Assembly: GCF_000025685.1 (NCBI RefSeq) | Contig: NC_013967.1 | Coordinates: 1,200,001 to 1,232,000, forward strand | From: Haloferax volcanii DS2 | GTDB lineage: Archaea; Halobacteriota; Halobacteria; Halobacteriales; Haloferacaceae | Length of the DNA: 32,000 nt | Direction of reading: 5' to 3' | Notes under the pieces: generated by a model | What the model was told of the DNA's origin: nothing | Database searches by the model: none | The model's input: only the letters and a program-made list of their open reading frames with translations | Part shown: in pieces, positions 1 through 6,705 of the stretch | Numbering within the stretch: position 1 is the stretch's first letter | How the letters are laid out: every line of letters begins with the position of its first letter | Position numbers and translations under genes: made by a program

Positions 1-1
1 C

Positions 2-475
2 TGGTCGTTCGACGTACGGCCCGACCTCGACGTGCCGGGGTTCCAGCGCCGCCTCGACGAGGGGCGCGCGGGCGACGAGGACGAGGGCACCTTCGTCAAC
101 GTGGACGTGCAGTACTCGTACAGCGTCCTCCGCACCGACGGCGAGCGCCGCCTCGACGTGCGCGGCAACCCCGCGCGGTTCGCCAAGATGGCCGAGATGG
201 AACGCCACGTGACGAACCGCATCGACCTGCTGGCGGTCAAACTGAGCCACGACCTCTCGGAGGGGAACAACCAGGTGTTCAAAATCGGCGACGGGAGCGA
301 GGCGGTCGACCACTACGCCGTCCGCACGCGCGACACCGTGCTGAACGCCGACGTGGCCGACGCCGACTACGGCGACGTGCTCGTCTTCGAGAACGTCCTC
401 TCGCTCTGGAACGACGACGAGGAGGCGTACAACCTCGTCGTCGACGACGAGACGCTCGTCGACCGCGTCGCCTGA
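2..475 (+). CDS. hypothetical acidic protein, C-terminal fragment (gene begins upstream of the window)
   Basis: The frame is open from the window edge: WSFDVRPDLD precedes the GTG at 32 with the same G/C-ending codon bias. Stop is TGA 473-475. The tail is very acidic (LWNDDEEAYNLVVDDETLVDRVA). No family recognised. Confidence 0.6.
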   Translation, partial: WSFDVRPDLDVPGFQRRLDEGRAGDEDEGTFVNVDVQYSYSVLRTDGERRLDVRGNPARFAKMAEMERHVTNRIDLLAVKLSHDLSEGNNQVFKIGDGSEAVDHYAVRTRDTVLNADVADADYGDVLVFENVLSLWNDDEEAYNLVVDDETLVDRVA

Positions 476-579
476 GCGGGCCGCGTCGTCTCCGGCGTCC
501 GACCTCGCCCGCCCGCTGACAACCCTGTCGCGCCCCGCCCGACGGGTGGCTTTTTGCGCGCTCCGTCCCCAGACGGACC

Positions 580-1371
580 ATGAGCGAACCCAGCATCCTC
601 CTCACTAACGACGACGGCATCGAGAGCGTCGGCTTCCGCGCGCTCTACGACGCCCTCTCGGAGTTCGCCGACGTGACCGCGGTCGCGCCCGCGACGGACC
701 AGAGCGCGGTCGGCCGGAAGATGTCCACCGACGCGGTCGTCGCCGAGCACGAACTCGGCTACGCGCTGGAGGGGACGCCCGCCGACTGCACGGTCGCCGG
801 GTTGGAGGCGCTGTGTCCCGACGTGGACATGGTCGTCTCCGGCATCAACAAGGGAGCTAACATCGGCGCGTACGTCCTCGGCCGGTCGGGGACCGTCAGC
901 GCCGCCGTCGAGGCCGCGTTCTTCGACGTGCCCGCCATCGCCCTCTCGCTGTACGTCCCCGCCGGCGGCGACCTGCCGTGGCACGAGAAGGCGACCGACC
1001 CACGGGACTTCCGCGAGGCGACCAACGCCGCGTCGCACCTCGTCAAACACGCCGAACCCGCCGGCGTCTTCGAGCAGTGCGACTACCTCAACGTCAACGC
1101 GCCCGTGTCCGGTCCCGACGGGGGACCCGCGGACATGCAGGTGACGGTTCCCTCGGAGCTGTACGACATGACCGCGGAGTTCGAAAACGGCACCGTGAAG
1201 CTCCACGACCGCGTCTGGGAGCGGATGGAAACCGGCGATATTCCGGACCCCGACGGCACCGACCGCCGGGCCGTCGTCGAGGGTCGCGTGTCGGTCTCAC
1301 CGCTGACCGCGCCGCACACGACCCACCGACACGAGGCGCTGGACGCGCTCGCCGAGACGTATCTGGAGTGA
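580..1371 (+). CDS. surE: 5'/3'-nucleotidase SurE
   Basis: 263-aa ORF. It has the N-terminal ILLTNDDGIES motif plus SGINKGANIG and SGTVSAA motifs characteristic of the SurE family. ATG is at 580. Confidence 0.93.
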   Translation: MSEPSILLTNDDGIESVGFRALYDALSEFADVTAVAPATDQSAVGRKMSTDAVVAEHELGYALEGTPADCTVAGLEALCPDVDMVVSGINKGANIGAYVLGRSGTVSAAVEAAFFDVPAIALSLYVPAGGDLPWHEKATDPRDFREATNAASHLVKHAEPAGVFEQCDYLNVNAPVSGPDGGPADMQVTVPSELYDMTAEFENGTVKLHDRVWERMETGDIPDPDGTDRRAVVEGRVSVSPLTAPHTTHRHEALDALAETYLE

Positions 1372-1681
1372 GCGAAGCGGGAAGCGGGCAACAAAGCGTA
1401 TACCGGAGGGGCCTGAAGCGCCGACGAGACCGATGACTCCGGTTCTTCAGGCCGCGGGTGCCGGTCGGGAATCGTCACCGGCTTCCTCGTCGCTATCGCG
1501 GTGCTGTTCAGCCTCCCGCTCGTCATCCTCCTCCTCGGTCGGCTGTTCGAGCGGTTCTTCTGAGGCCGCGAGTCCGGGCCTTGCGAACGGAGCGACCAAT
1601 CGACAATTCGCGGGCTATCTCGCACCCGACAGCCCGACAGCCACCGTAGTCTTTTCACCAGTGAGCCATCTGTTAGGTGAC

Positions 1682-1906
1682 ATGAACCGCGACGAACTCA
1701 ACGACTATCTGAAACAGCGGCCGCTCTTGGGAGGTCTCTGGCTCGTCGCGATGCTCGGTGTGGCCATGGTGCTGTGGCTGAAACTGCTCCGCCCGGGGCA
1801 GTCGGTCGTCGACATCGTCTCGAACACCGGCTACCAGTTCGTCTTTCTCGTGACGGGCGGACTCTGTTACGTGACCTACGTCGGCTTCTCTCGAGCGGTG
1901 AACTGA
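1682..1906 (+). CDS. small membrane protein (74 aa, 2 predicted TM helices)
   Basis: The sequence from ATG 1682 (MNRDELNDYLKQRPLLGGLWLVAMLGVAMVLWLKLL...YQFVFLVTGGLCYVTYVGF) is hydrophobic and GC3-biased. A TATA-like CTTTTCAC (1651-1658) is centred about 27 nt upstream. The upstream part of the 157-aa track ORF (1433..) is Ser-rich, and 1564-1681 loses GC3 bias. Confidence 0.7.
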   Translation: MNRDELNDYLKQRPLLGGLWLVAMLGVAMVLWLKLLRPGQSVVDIVSNTGYQFVFLVTGGLCYVTYVGFSRAVN

Positions 1907-1908
1907 CG

Positions 1909-2160
1909 TTATTCCGACACCGCCCGCCGACTGTCGACCAGCAGTTTGTACGCGAGGCCGACGACGCCGGCGAACACCGCGAGCGCCCCGGCGAGCGAAG
2001 CGACGATTCCGAGCGCGAACATCAGTCCGAACCCGTAGCCCGCGAGGGCGAACGTGCCGATGGTCAGCAACACCCAACCGCCGACGATGACGGCGAACAG
2101 CGCGATGGCGTCGTCTTCGGTCGCGTAGCGGAGGGCGTCACGGGCGGAGACGCGTGACAT
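1909..2160 (-). CDS. small membrane protein (83 aa, 2-3 predicted TM helices)
   Basis: ATG is at 2160 (cat 2158-2160). MSRVSARDALRYATEDD is followed by AIALFAVIVGGWVLLTIGTFALAGYGFGLMFALGIVASLAGALAVFAGVVGLAY. The 260-aa track ORF upstream of this Met overlaps the AAC(3) gene antisense and is Arg/Gly-rich. Confidence 0.7.
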   Translation of the reverse strand: MSRVSARDALRYATEDDAIALFAVIVGGWVLLTIGTFALAGYGFGLMFALGIVASLAGALAVFAGVVGLAYKLLVDSRRAVSE

Positions 2161-2244
2161 GTCGAACGCGTTGCCGGGGGCGAACGTGGTCCTTTCGGTC
2201 GACCGACACCAAAGATTGAATCCCGGGCCGGCCGACGGACGCGT

Positions 2245-3051
2245 ATGTCCGAAGCAGACGCCGTCGAGCGCGTGGACGAACCCGGAACCGTGGATTCGCT
2301 CGCCGCGGACCTCCGCGCGCTCGGCGTCGAGCGCGGCGACACCCTCCTCGTCCACTCGTCGCTCAGTTCGCTCGGCTGGGTCGCCGGCGGCCCGCAGGCG
2401 GTCGTAGACGCCCTCCAGACGGTGCTGACCGACGACGGGACGCTGGTCATGCCGACCCACACCGGCCAGTACACCGACCCGTCGGTGTGGGAGAACCCGC
2501 CGGTCCCCGACGACTGGGTCGAAGTCATCGGCGAGTCGATGCCGCCGTTCCGCCCCGACGTGACGCCGACCCGCGGGATGGGCGCGGTGCCCGAGTGCTT
2601 CCGCAACTATCCCGGCGTCGTCCGCAGCGAGCATCCGACGGTCTCCTTCGCGGCGTGGGGCGCGGCCGCCGAGGAAATCGTCGGTGGCCACGAACTCGAC
2701 TACGGCCTCGGCGACGGGTCGCCGTTGGCGCGGGTGTACGACCGCGGCGGCGACGTGCTCTTACTCGGCGTCGGCCACGGGAACAACACGTCGCTCCACC
2801 TCGCCGAGCACCGCGCGGACTTCGAAAAGACGCGGACGAGAGAGCGCGCGCCGCTGCTCCGAGACGGCGAGCGCGTCGTCGTCGAGTACGACGACATCGA
2901 GGTCGAGACCGACGACTTCGAAGCGGTCGGCGAGGCGTTCGAGAGGCAGCGCGGCGCGACCGAGGGGCCGGTCGCGGCCGCGACGGCGACGCTCCTCGAC
3001 CAGCCCGCGCTGGTCGATTTCGCCGAAGACTGGTTCGAGTCGAACCGCTGA
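2245..3051 (+). CDS. aminoglycoside N3-acetyltransferase family protein (AAC(3)/YokD-like)
   Basis: 268 aa. The blocks LLVHSSLSSLGWVAGG, TLVMPTHT, GAVPE and SLHLAEHRA match my recollection of AAC(3)-family conserved regions. Confidence 0.85.
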   Translation: MSEADAVERVDEPGTVDSLAADLRALGVERGDTLLVHSSLSSLGWVAGGPQAVVDALQTVLTDDGTLVMPTHTGQYTDPSVWENPPVPDDWVEVIGESMPPFRPDVTPTRGMGAVPECFRNYPGVVRSEHPTVSFAAWGAAAEEIVGGHELDYGLGDGSPLARVYDRGGDVLLLGVGHGNNTSLHLAEHRADFEKTRTRERAPLLRDGERVVVEYDDIEVETDDFEAVGEAFERQRGATEGPVAAATATLLDQPALVDFAEDWFESNR

Positions 3052-3066
3052 AAGTGGGGTGTCGCG

Positions 3067-3090
3067 GCCGACTCGGTCGGCTCACAAAAA
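3067..3090 (-). terminator. hairpin (GCCGAC-tcg-GTCGGC) plus T5 run on the minus strand, downstream of OsmC
   Basis: On the minus strand, TTTTT (3090-3086) lies about 25 nt after the OsmC stop and is followed by a perfect 6-bp hairpin. Archaeal termination at oligo-T is established. Confidence 0.35.
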
Positions 3091-3114
3091 CAACACGGCA
3101 GGCGACGCGCGCCC

Positions 3115-3540
3115 TCAGGCGAGCGTCGCGGTCAGCGTGAGTTCCGGCCCGGCGAGCGCCTTCGACACCGGGCAGTTTTCCTTTGCGCGCTGGGCGAGGT
3201 CGTCGAACGTCTCCTCGTCGATGCCGGGCACGTCGGCGTCGAGCGTCAGGTCGATGCGCGAGATTTCGAAGCCGCCGCCGTCGGCCGGGTCAAGATGCAC
3301 GTCGGCCGCGGTGTGGAGGCTCGTCGGCGCGTAGCCCTCGCCTTCGAGGAACGCGGTCAACTGCATCGAGAAACAGCCGGAGTGGGCCGCGCCGATGAGC
3401 TCCTCGGGGTTCGACCCGAGTTCGTCTTCGAACCGCGTCGGGAACGTGAACGTCCCCTCGACGGTCCCGCTCTCGGTCGAGAACTCGCCGCTTCCGTCTT
3501 TGCCGCCGGTCCACGTGGTCTCCGCCTTGTGCGTGGGCAT
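3115..3540 (-). CDS. OsmC family peroxiredoxin / organic hydroperoxide reductase-like protein
   Basis: KAETTWTGG...GSNPEELIGAAHSGCFSMQL...ENCPVSKAL, with the two conserved Cys of OsmC/Ohr. ATG 3540 is preferred over GTG 3549 because an AT-rich element (about 3563-3578) lies about 27-30 nt upstream of 3540. Confidence 0.9.
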   Translation of the reverse strand: MPTHKAETTWTGGKDGSGEFSTESGTVEGTFTFPTRFEDELGSNPEELIGAAHSGCFSMQLTAFLEGEGYAPTSLHTAADVHLDPADGGGFEISRIDLTLDADVPGIDEETFDDLAQRAKENCPVSKALAGPELTLTATLA

Positions 3541-3636
3541 GACACGCACACTACGGTCGCAAGCGATATGGAGATAGCGGCGACGAAGCGTTCGAGGGGA
3601 CCGAACCGGCGGGATGCGGAGGTACCGGGTGGCCCG

Positions 3637-4297
3637 TCACAGGCCGCTCCAGAGCGCCGCGACGCCGAACCCGACGATGACGACGCCCGCGAGTTGGTTC
3701 ACCCGACGGAGGACCGCCGGGGTGACTCGCTCCCGGACGCGGTCGACGGCGGCGCTCAGGACGAACCACCAGAGCGCCGACCCGGCGAAGACGCCCGCGA
3801 CGAGGACTGCCGCCGCGAGGTAGTCGCCCGAGACGCCGACACCCAAGCCGGCGAAGATGCCGACGAACGCCAGTATCGTCACCGGGTTCGTCAGCGTCAG
3901 GAGGAACGTCGACCCGAAGTCGGCCGCGAGCGTCCGGGCGTTCGAGTCGGGCGACACGACGGCCGACTGCTCGGTCGTCGGTGCCGACTCGACGGACGCC
4001 GGGTCGCCCCGAATCGACCGGATGCCGATGTACAGGAGAATCGCCCCACCAGCGAGCGCGATTGCGTTGCGGTGGCCGAGCAGCACCGACGAGAGCGCGG
4101 CGAGGCCGAACCCCGCGATGGCCCCGTAGACCGCGTCCGCGGACGCCGCTCCGAGTCCGCTGACGAAGCCGGAGCGCCGGCCCTTAGAAAGCGTTCGCTG
4201 GATGCACAGGACGCCGATTGGACCGACCGGCGCGGCTATCGAGACGCCGAGAACGAGTCCGCGGGCGAAGATTCCGATTGTGGCGGTTAATAGACAT
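3637..4297 (-). CDS. LysE/RhtB-family amino-acid exporter with an apparent 1-nt frame problem at codon 2 (possible pseudogene or assembly error)
   Basis: The track ORF starts at GTG 4086, but the same frame stays open and homologous up to 4296 (LLTATIGIFARGLVLGVSIAAPVGPIGVLCIQRTLSKGRRSGFVSGLGAASADAVYG...). That stretch has no ATG, GTG or TTG. The only ATG (4297-4295) is one base out of frame. See finding. Confidence 0.8.
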
Positions 4298-4431
4298 CAC
4301 CTTCGTGACCGCTCCGATGCGTCGCCGGGTGATAGCTCTATGAGCTGTTGACGCTTCTCTTCGGCGTTGGATTAGGAACCAGTGCGATGTCCGTTCTCGC
4401 ATACGGGCTCGGAAGTCGTGTTGTCCTGTTC

Positions 4432-4436
4432 AAAAA
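4432..4436 (-). terminator. oligo-T (T5) tract downstream of chorismate mutase
   Basis: Minus-strand TTTTT lies about 23 nt after the stop at 4459. Confidence 0.3.
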
Positions 4437-4458
4437 TAGGTCGTAACATCGATGCATT

Positions 4459-4770
4459 CTACCGATTCTGCCGCTGTTCGGCCTTGTTCATCTCGATGAG
4501 CAGTCTGAAAATCGCCTTCACGAGGTTCGAATCGACCTCGAAGTGGGCCGCGTTCTTCCCGGCGCGCTCCATCACGCGCTCTTCTTGGGACTCGTCGGTC
4601 GTCGGCAGGTCCTTCTCGGCTTTGACCTTCGCCACCGTGTCGGCGACGTAGGTTCGACGGGCGATGAGTTCGACGATGCCGCGGTCGATATCCTCTATCT
4701 CCTCGCGGAGTTCGTCGAGGGACATGTCCTGAAACGATTCTGCGGCGGCGTCTACGGTTTCGTCTGTCAT
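4459..4770 (-). CDS. chorismate mutase (AroQ class)
   Basis: 103 aa from ATG 4770. LDELREEIDIDRGIVELIARR...V.KVK is a typical AroQ helix-bundle signature. Its start overlaps the stop of the upstream shikimate kinase (ATGA). Confidence 0.85.
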   Translation of the reverse strand: MTDETVDAAAESFQDMSLDELREEIEDIDRGIVELIARRTYVADTVAKVKAEKDLPTTDESQEERVMERAGKNAAHFEVDSNLVKAIFRLLIEMNKAEQRQNR

Positions 4771-5636
4771 TGGATTCGTGCTCCGTCGGTTCGGGTGGTC
4801 GTCAGTCGGGTCTCCCCCTCGCGGGCGTCCCACAGTTCCTTGACGCGTTCGAGGTCGGTTCGGTCGCCGACGGCGACGACGCTCGGGCCGGTCCCGGACA
4901 GCGAGACGCCGTCGGCGATGGGCATCGCCTCGACGGCGGGGTCGGTCGGGAAGTCGAGCGCGGCCGAGAAGGCGAGGCCGTTGACGGTCATCGCCTCGGC
5001 GTAGCGGCCTTCGAGCGCGAGGTCGGCCACGAGGTCGGCCATCGGGGCGACGTTCTCGCAGCGGCTCACGTCGGCGTCGGCGCTGTAAGCGCGCTCCGGG
5101 GGCGTCCACACGAGCACGTCCCAGTCGACCTCGTCGCGGGCGATGAGGCCGTCTTCGGTGTTGTCGGTGACGACGACGCCCCCGACCATGGAGGCCGCGG
5201 CGTCGTCGAACGCCCCGGTGGCGGTGACGCCGACCTCGCGGGCGGCGCGGACGCCCATCCGGCAGGCGTCGAGGCGGGAGATATCGGCGTCCGGGCCGGG
5301 GCCGACCGAGCGACCGAGCGCCGAGAGCGTCGCCAACACCGTCGCGTTGGCGGCGGCGCTCGAACTCTTGAGGCCGGCGGCCATCGGCAGGTCGCTTTCG
5401 GTCTCGACGGTGCCGCCCTCGCCGTCACCGAACGCCTCGATGGCGAGTTCGACGCAGCGCTCGACGAGATGCGCGTCGGCGTCCGGGGCTTCCGCGATGC
5501 TGCCGCGGACCTCGCCGGAGTCGTCCAGTTCGACCGACGCGGTGGTCTCCGCGTCGATGGCGAACGCGGAGCCGGTCGCCGTCGCGAGGGCGTTCAAGAC
5601 GGTGCCCGCCCCGAGGGCGGTGGCTCGGCCGTGCAT
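4767..5636 (-). CDS. aroK: shikimate kinase, archaeal GHMP-kinase type
   Basis: 289 aa from ATG 5636. It has a GHMP motif (PMAAGLKSSSAAANA) and overall similarity to the archaeal-type shikimate kinase. The 611-aa track ORF extension is Arg-rich and overlaps the upstream genes. Confidence 0.85.
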   Translation of the reverse strand: MHGRATALGAGTVLNALATATGSAFAIDAETTASVELDDSGEVRGSIAEAPDADAHLVERCVELAIEAFGDGEGGTVETESDLPMAAGLKSSSAAANATVLATLSALGRSVGPGPDADISRLDACRMGVRAAREVGVTATGAFDDAAASMVGGVVVTDNTEDGLIARDEVDWDVLVWTPPERAYSADADVSRCENVAPMADLVADLALEGRYAEAMTVNGLAFSAALDFPTDPAVEAMPIADGVSLSGTGPSVVAVGDRTDLERVKELWDAREGETRLTTTRTDGARIQ

Positions 5637-5783
5637 ACTTCGGGGAGGTCGGCACACCGTGTTATGTGTGGCGGTCCGTGCCGTTTTCGCCCGTAGGTTC
5701 GGGGATGCGGCGGCGGAAGCGACGCCCGGCGCGAGTCGTCCCGAGACGCGACGCTTTTGCCGTCCCCGGAGCAACGGTGAGCC

Positions 5784-6212
5784 ATGCGCGCCCGCAACGA
5801 CATCGCCCCGAGCACGCTCGGCGTCGAGCTCCACGACTACGGCGTCGAGGTGGAGTACCTCGACAACCGAACCACAGTCTACCGGGGCGTCCCCCAGGCG
5901 GTCACGGGCACGCTCGCCACCGCCCCCGGCAAGGAGGTCCACGTCCTCGTCACCGACCCCACCGAGACGGAGGGCGTCATGATGTACGTCAACGACCTCA
6001 CGAGCCACGACGAGGTGCTCGAATCGAGCGGCGTCGGCCGCGTCATCCTCGGTGAGGACGAAGAAGAGGAGCTGTTCCCCGGCGTCCTCGTCCGCCGGGT
6101 GCCCGGCCACCGCTTCGAAATCGAGGCCGACCCCGAGGTCGCCCGCGGCCGCGTGTTCGTCTTCGTCGAGGACGACTGGGGCGAAGACTCCTACGAGTTC
6201 GTCGCCGAGTGA
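5784..6212 (+). CDS. conserved haloarchaeal hypothetical protein (142 aa, acidic, beta-rich)
   Basis: ATG is at 5784, with a TATA-like GCTTTTGC (5753-5760) about 27 nt upstream. GC3 bias is strong. No catalytic motif recognised. Confidence 0.75.
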   Translation: MRARNDIAPSTLGVELHDYGVEVEYLDNRTTVYRGVPQAVTGTLATAPGKEVHVLVTDPTETEGVMMYVNDLTSHDEVLESSGVGRVILGEDEEEELFPGVLVRRVPGHRFEIEADPEVARGRVFVFVEDDWGEDSYEFVAE

Positions 6213-6448
6213 TGCTCCGGAAGCGCTGGGAGCCGCTGGAAACGCGGACCGTCGGCAAGGCTCCAGAGGCCTACGGCTACTACGAACTCGGCGACGCCGA
6301 CGGCGACCTCGTCGGCCGCGGCGTGGGCGTCCTCCGCGACGAACTGAAAGAGGCGCTCGCCTACGGCGACGCCGAGCGCGTCCGCTGGGAGCGCGCGACC
6401 TCGCTGGACCACGCCGAGCGACTCGCGGACGAACACGACCCGGCGTAG
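6212..6448 (+). CDS. small hypothetical protein (78 aa) with GIY-YIG-like N-terminal pattern
   Basis: ATG 6212 overlaps the upstream stop (TGATG); GTG 6209 is also possible. YGYYELGDADGDLVGRGVGVLRDEL resembles the GIY..YIG..R hairpin, but the YIG Tyr is missing. Confidence 0.65.
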   Translation: MLRKRWEPLETRTVGKAPEAYGYYELGDADGDLVGRGVGVLRDELKEALAYGDAERVRWERATSLDHAERLADEHDPA

Positions 6449-6492
6449 CTCTCGCGCTCGCCGCCGTCGCCGCCGACGCTCTCGCTTCCCCG

Positions 6493-6627
6493 CTACTGCA
6501 AGTACGACGGGCTGTCCGTGTCGCAGTTCTCCTCGTGAGCCTCGGCGTCGGACCGCACGTCGAACAGCATCCCGCACTCTTCGCACCGGTACCACGTCGC
6601 ACCGTCTTTCTCCGTCGTGGCGACCAT
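6493..6627 (-). CDS. zinc-finger micro-protein (44 aa, C2HC, C2H2-like spacing)
   Basis: Not in the ORF track. Sequence is MVATTEKDGATWYRCEECGMLFDVRSDAEAHEENCDTDSPSYLQ. Nearly all codons end in G/C. TATA-like CGTTTTCC (complement of 6651-6658) is centred about 27 nt upstream of ATG 6627. Confidence 0.7.
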   Translation of the reverse strand: MVATTEKDGATWYRCEECGMLFDVRSDAEAHEENCDTDSPSYLQ

Positions 6628-6705
6628 GCGTACTGTTACCGCGCCGTCCCGGAAAACGGTTACTCCGGGCGAACCCTCAAGGGTCGAGCGACCGAACCGG
6701 GGGGT

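Noticed and set aside
1433-1906. 157-aa ORF taken as a single gene.
   Set aside because: Its first roughly 80 residues are Ser-rich off-frame translation, and 1564-1681 lacks GC3 bias. The region is better explained as a separate frame-disrupted mini-ORF plus the 74-aa membrane gene with its own TATA-like element.
4524-4533. GGTTCGAATC, a tRNA T-loop-like string.
   Set aside because: It lies inside the GC3-biased chorismate mutase CDS. The flanks do not form acceptor, D or anticodon arms.
6052-6705. N-terminal extensions of track ORFs. Examples: the 954-aa version of cdc48, the 611-aa version of aroK, the 735-aa version of rpap1, the 680-aa version of GT4, the 348-aa version of SBDS, the 260-aa version at 1909-2691, and the 216-aa version of chorismate mutase.
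   Set aside because: The extensions are Arg-rich and overlap neighbouring genes. Homology-like sequence, GC3 bias and promoter spacing all begin at the internal Met that I chose.
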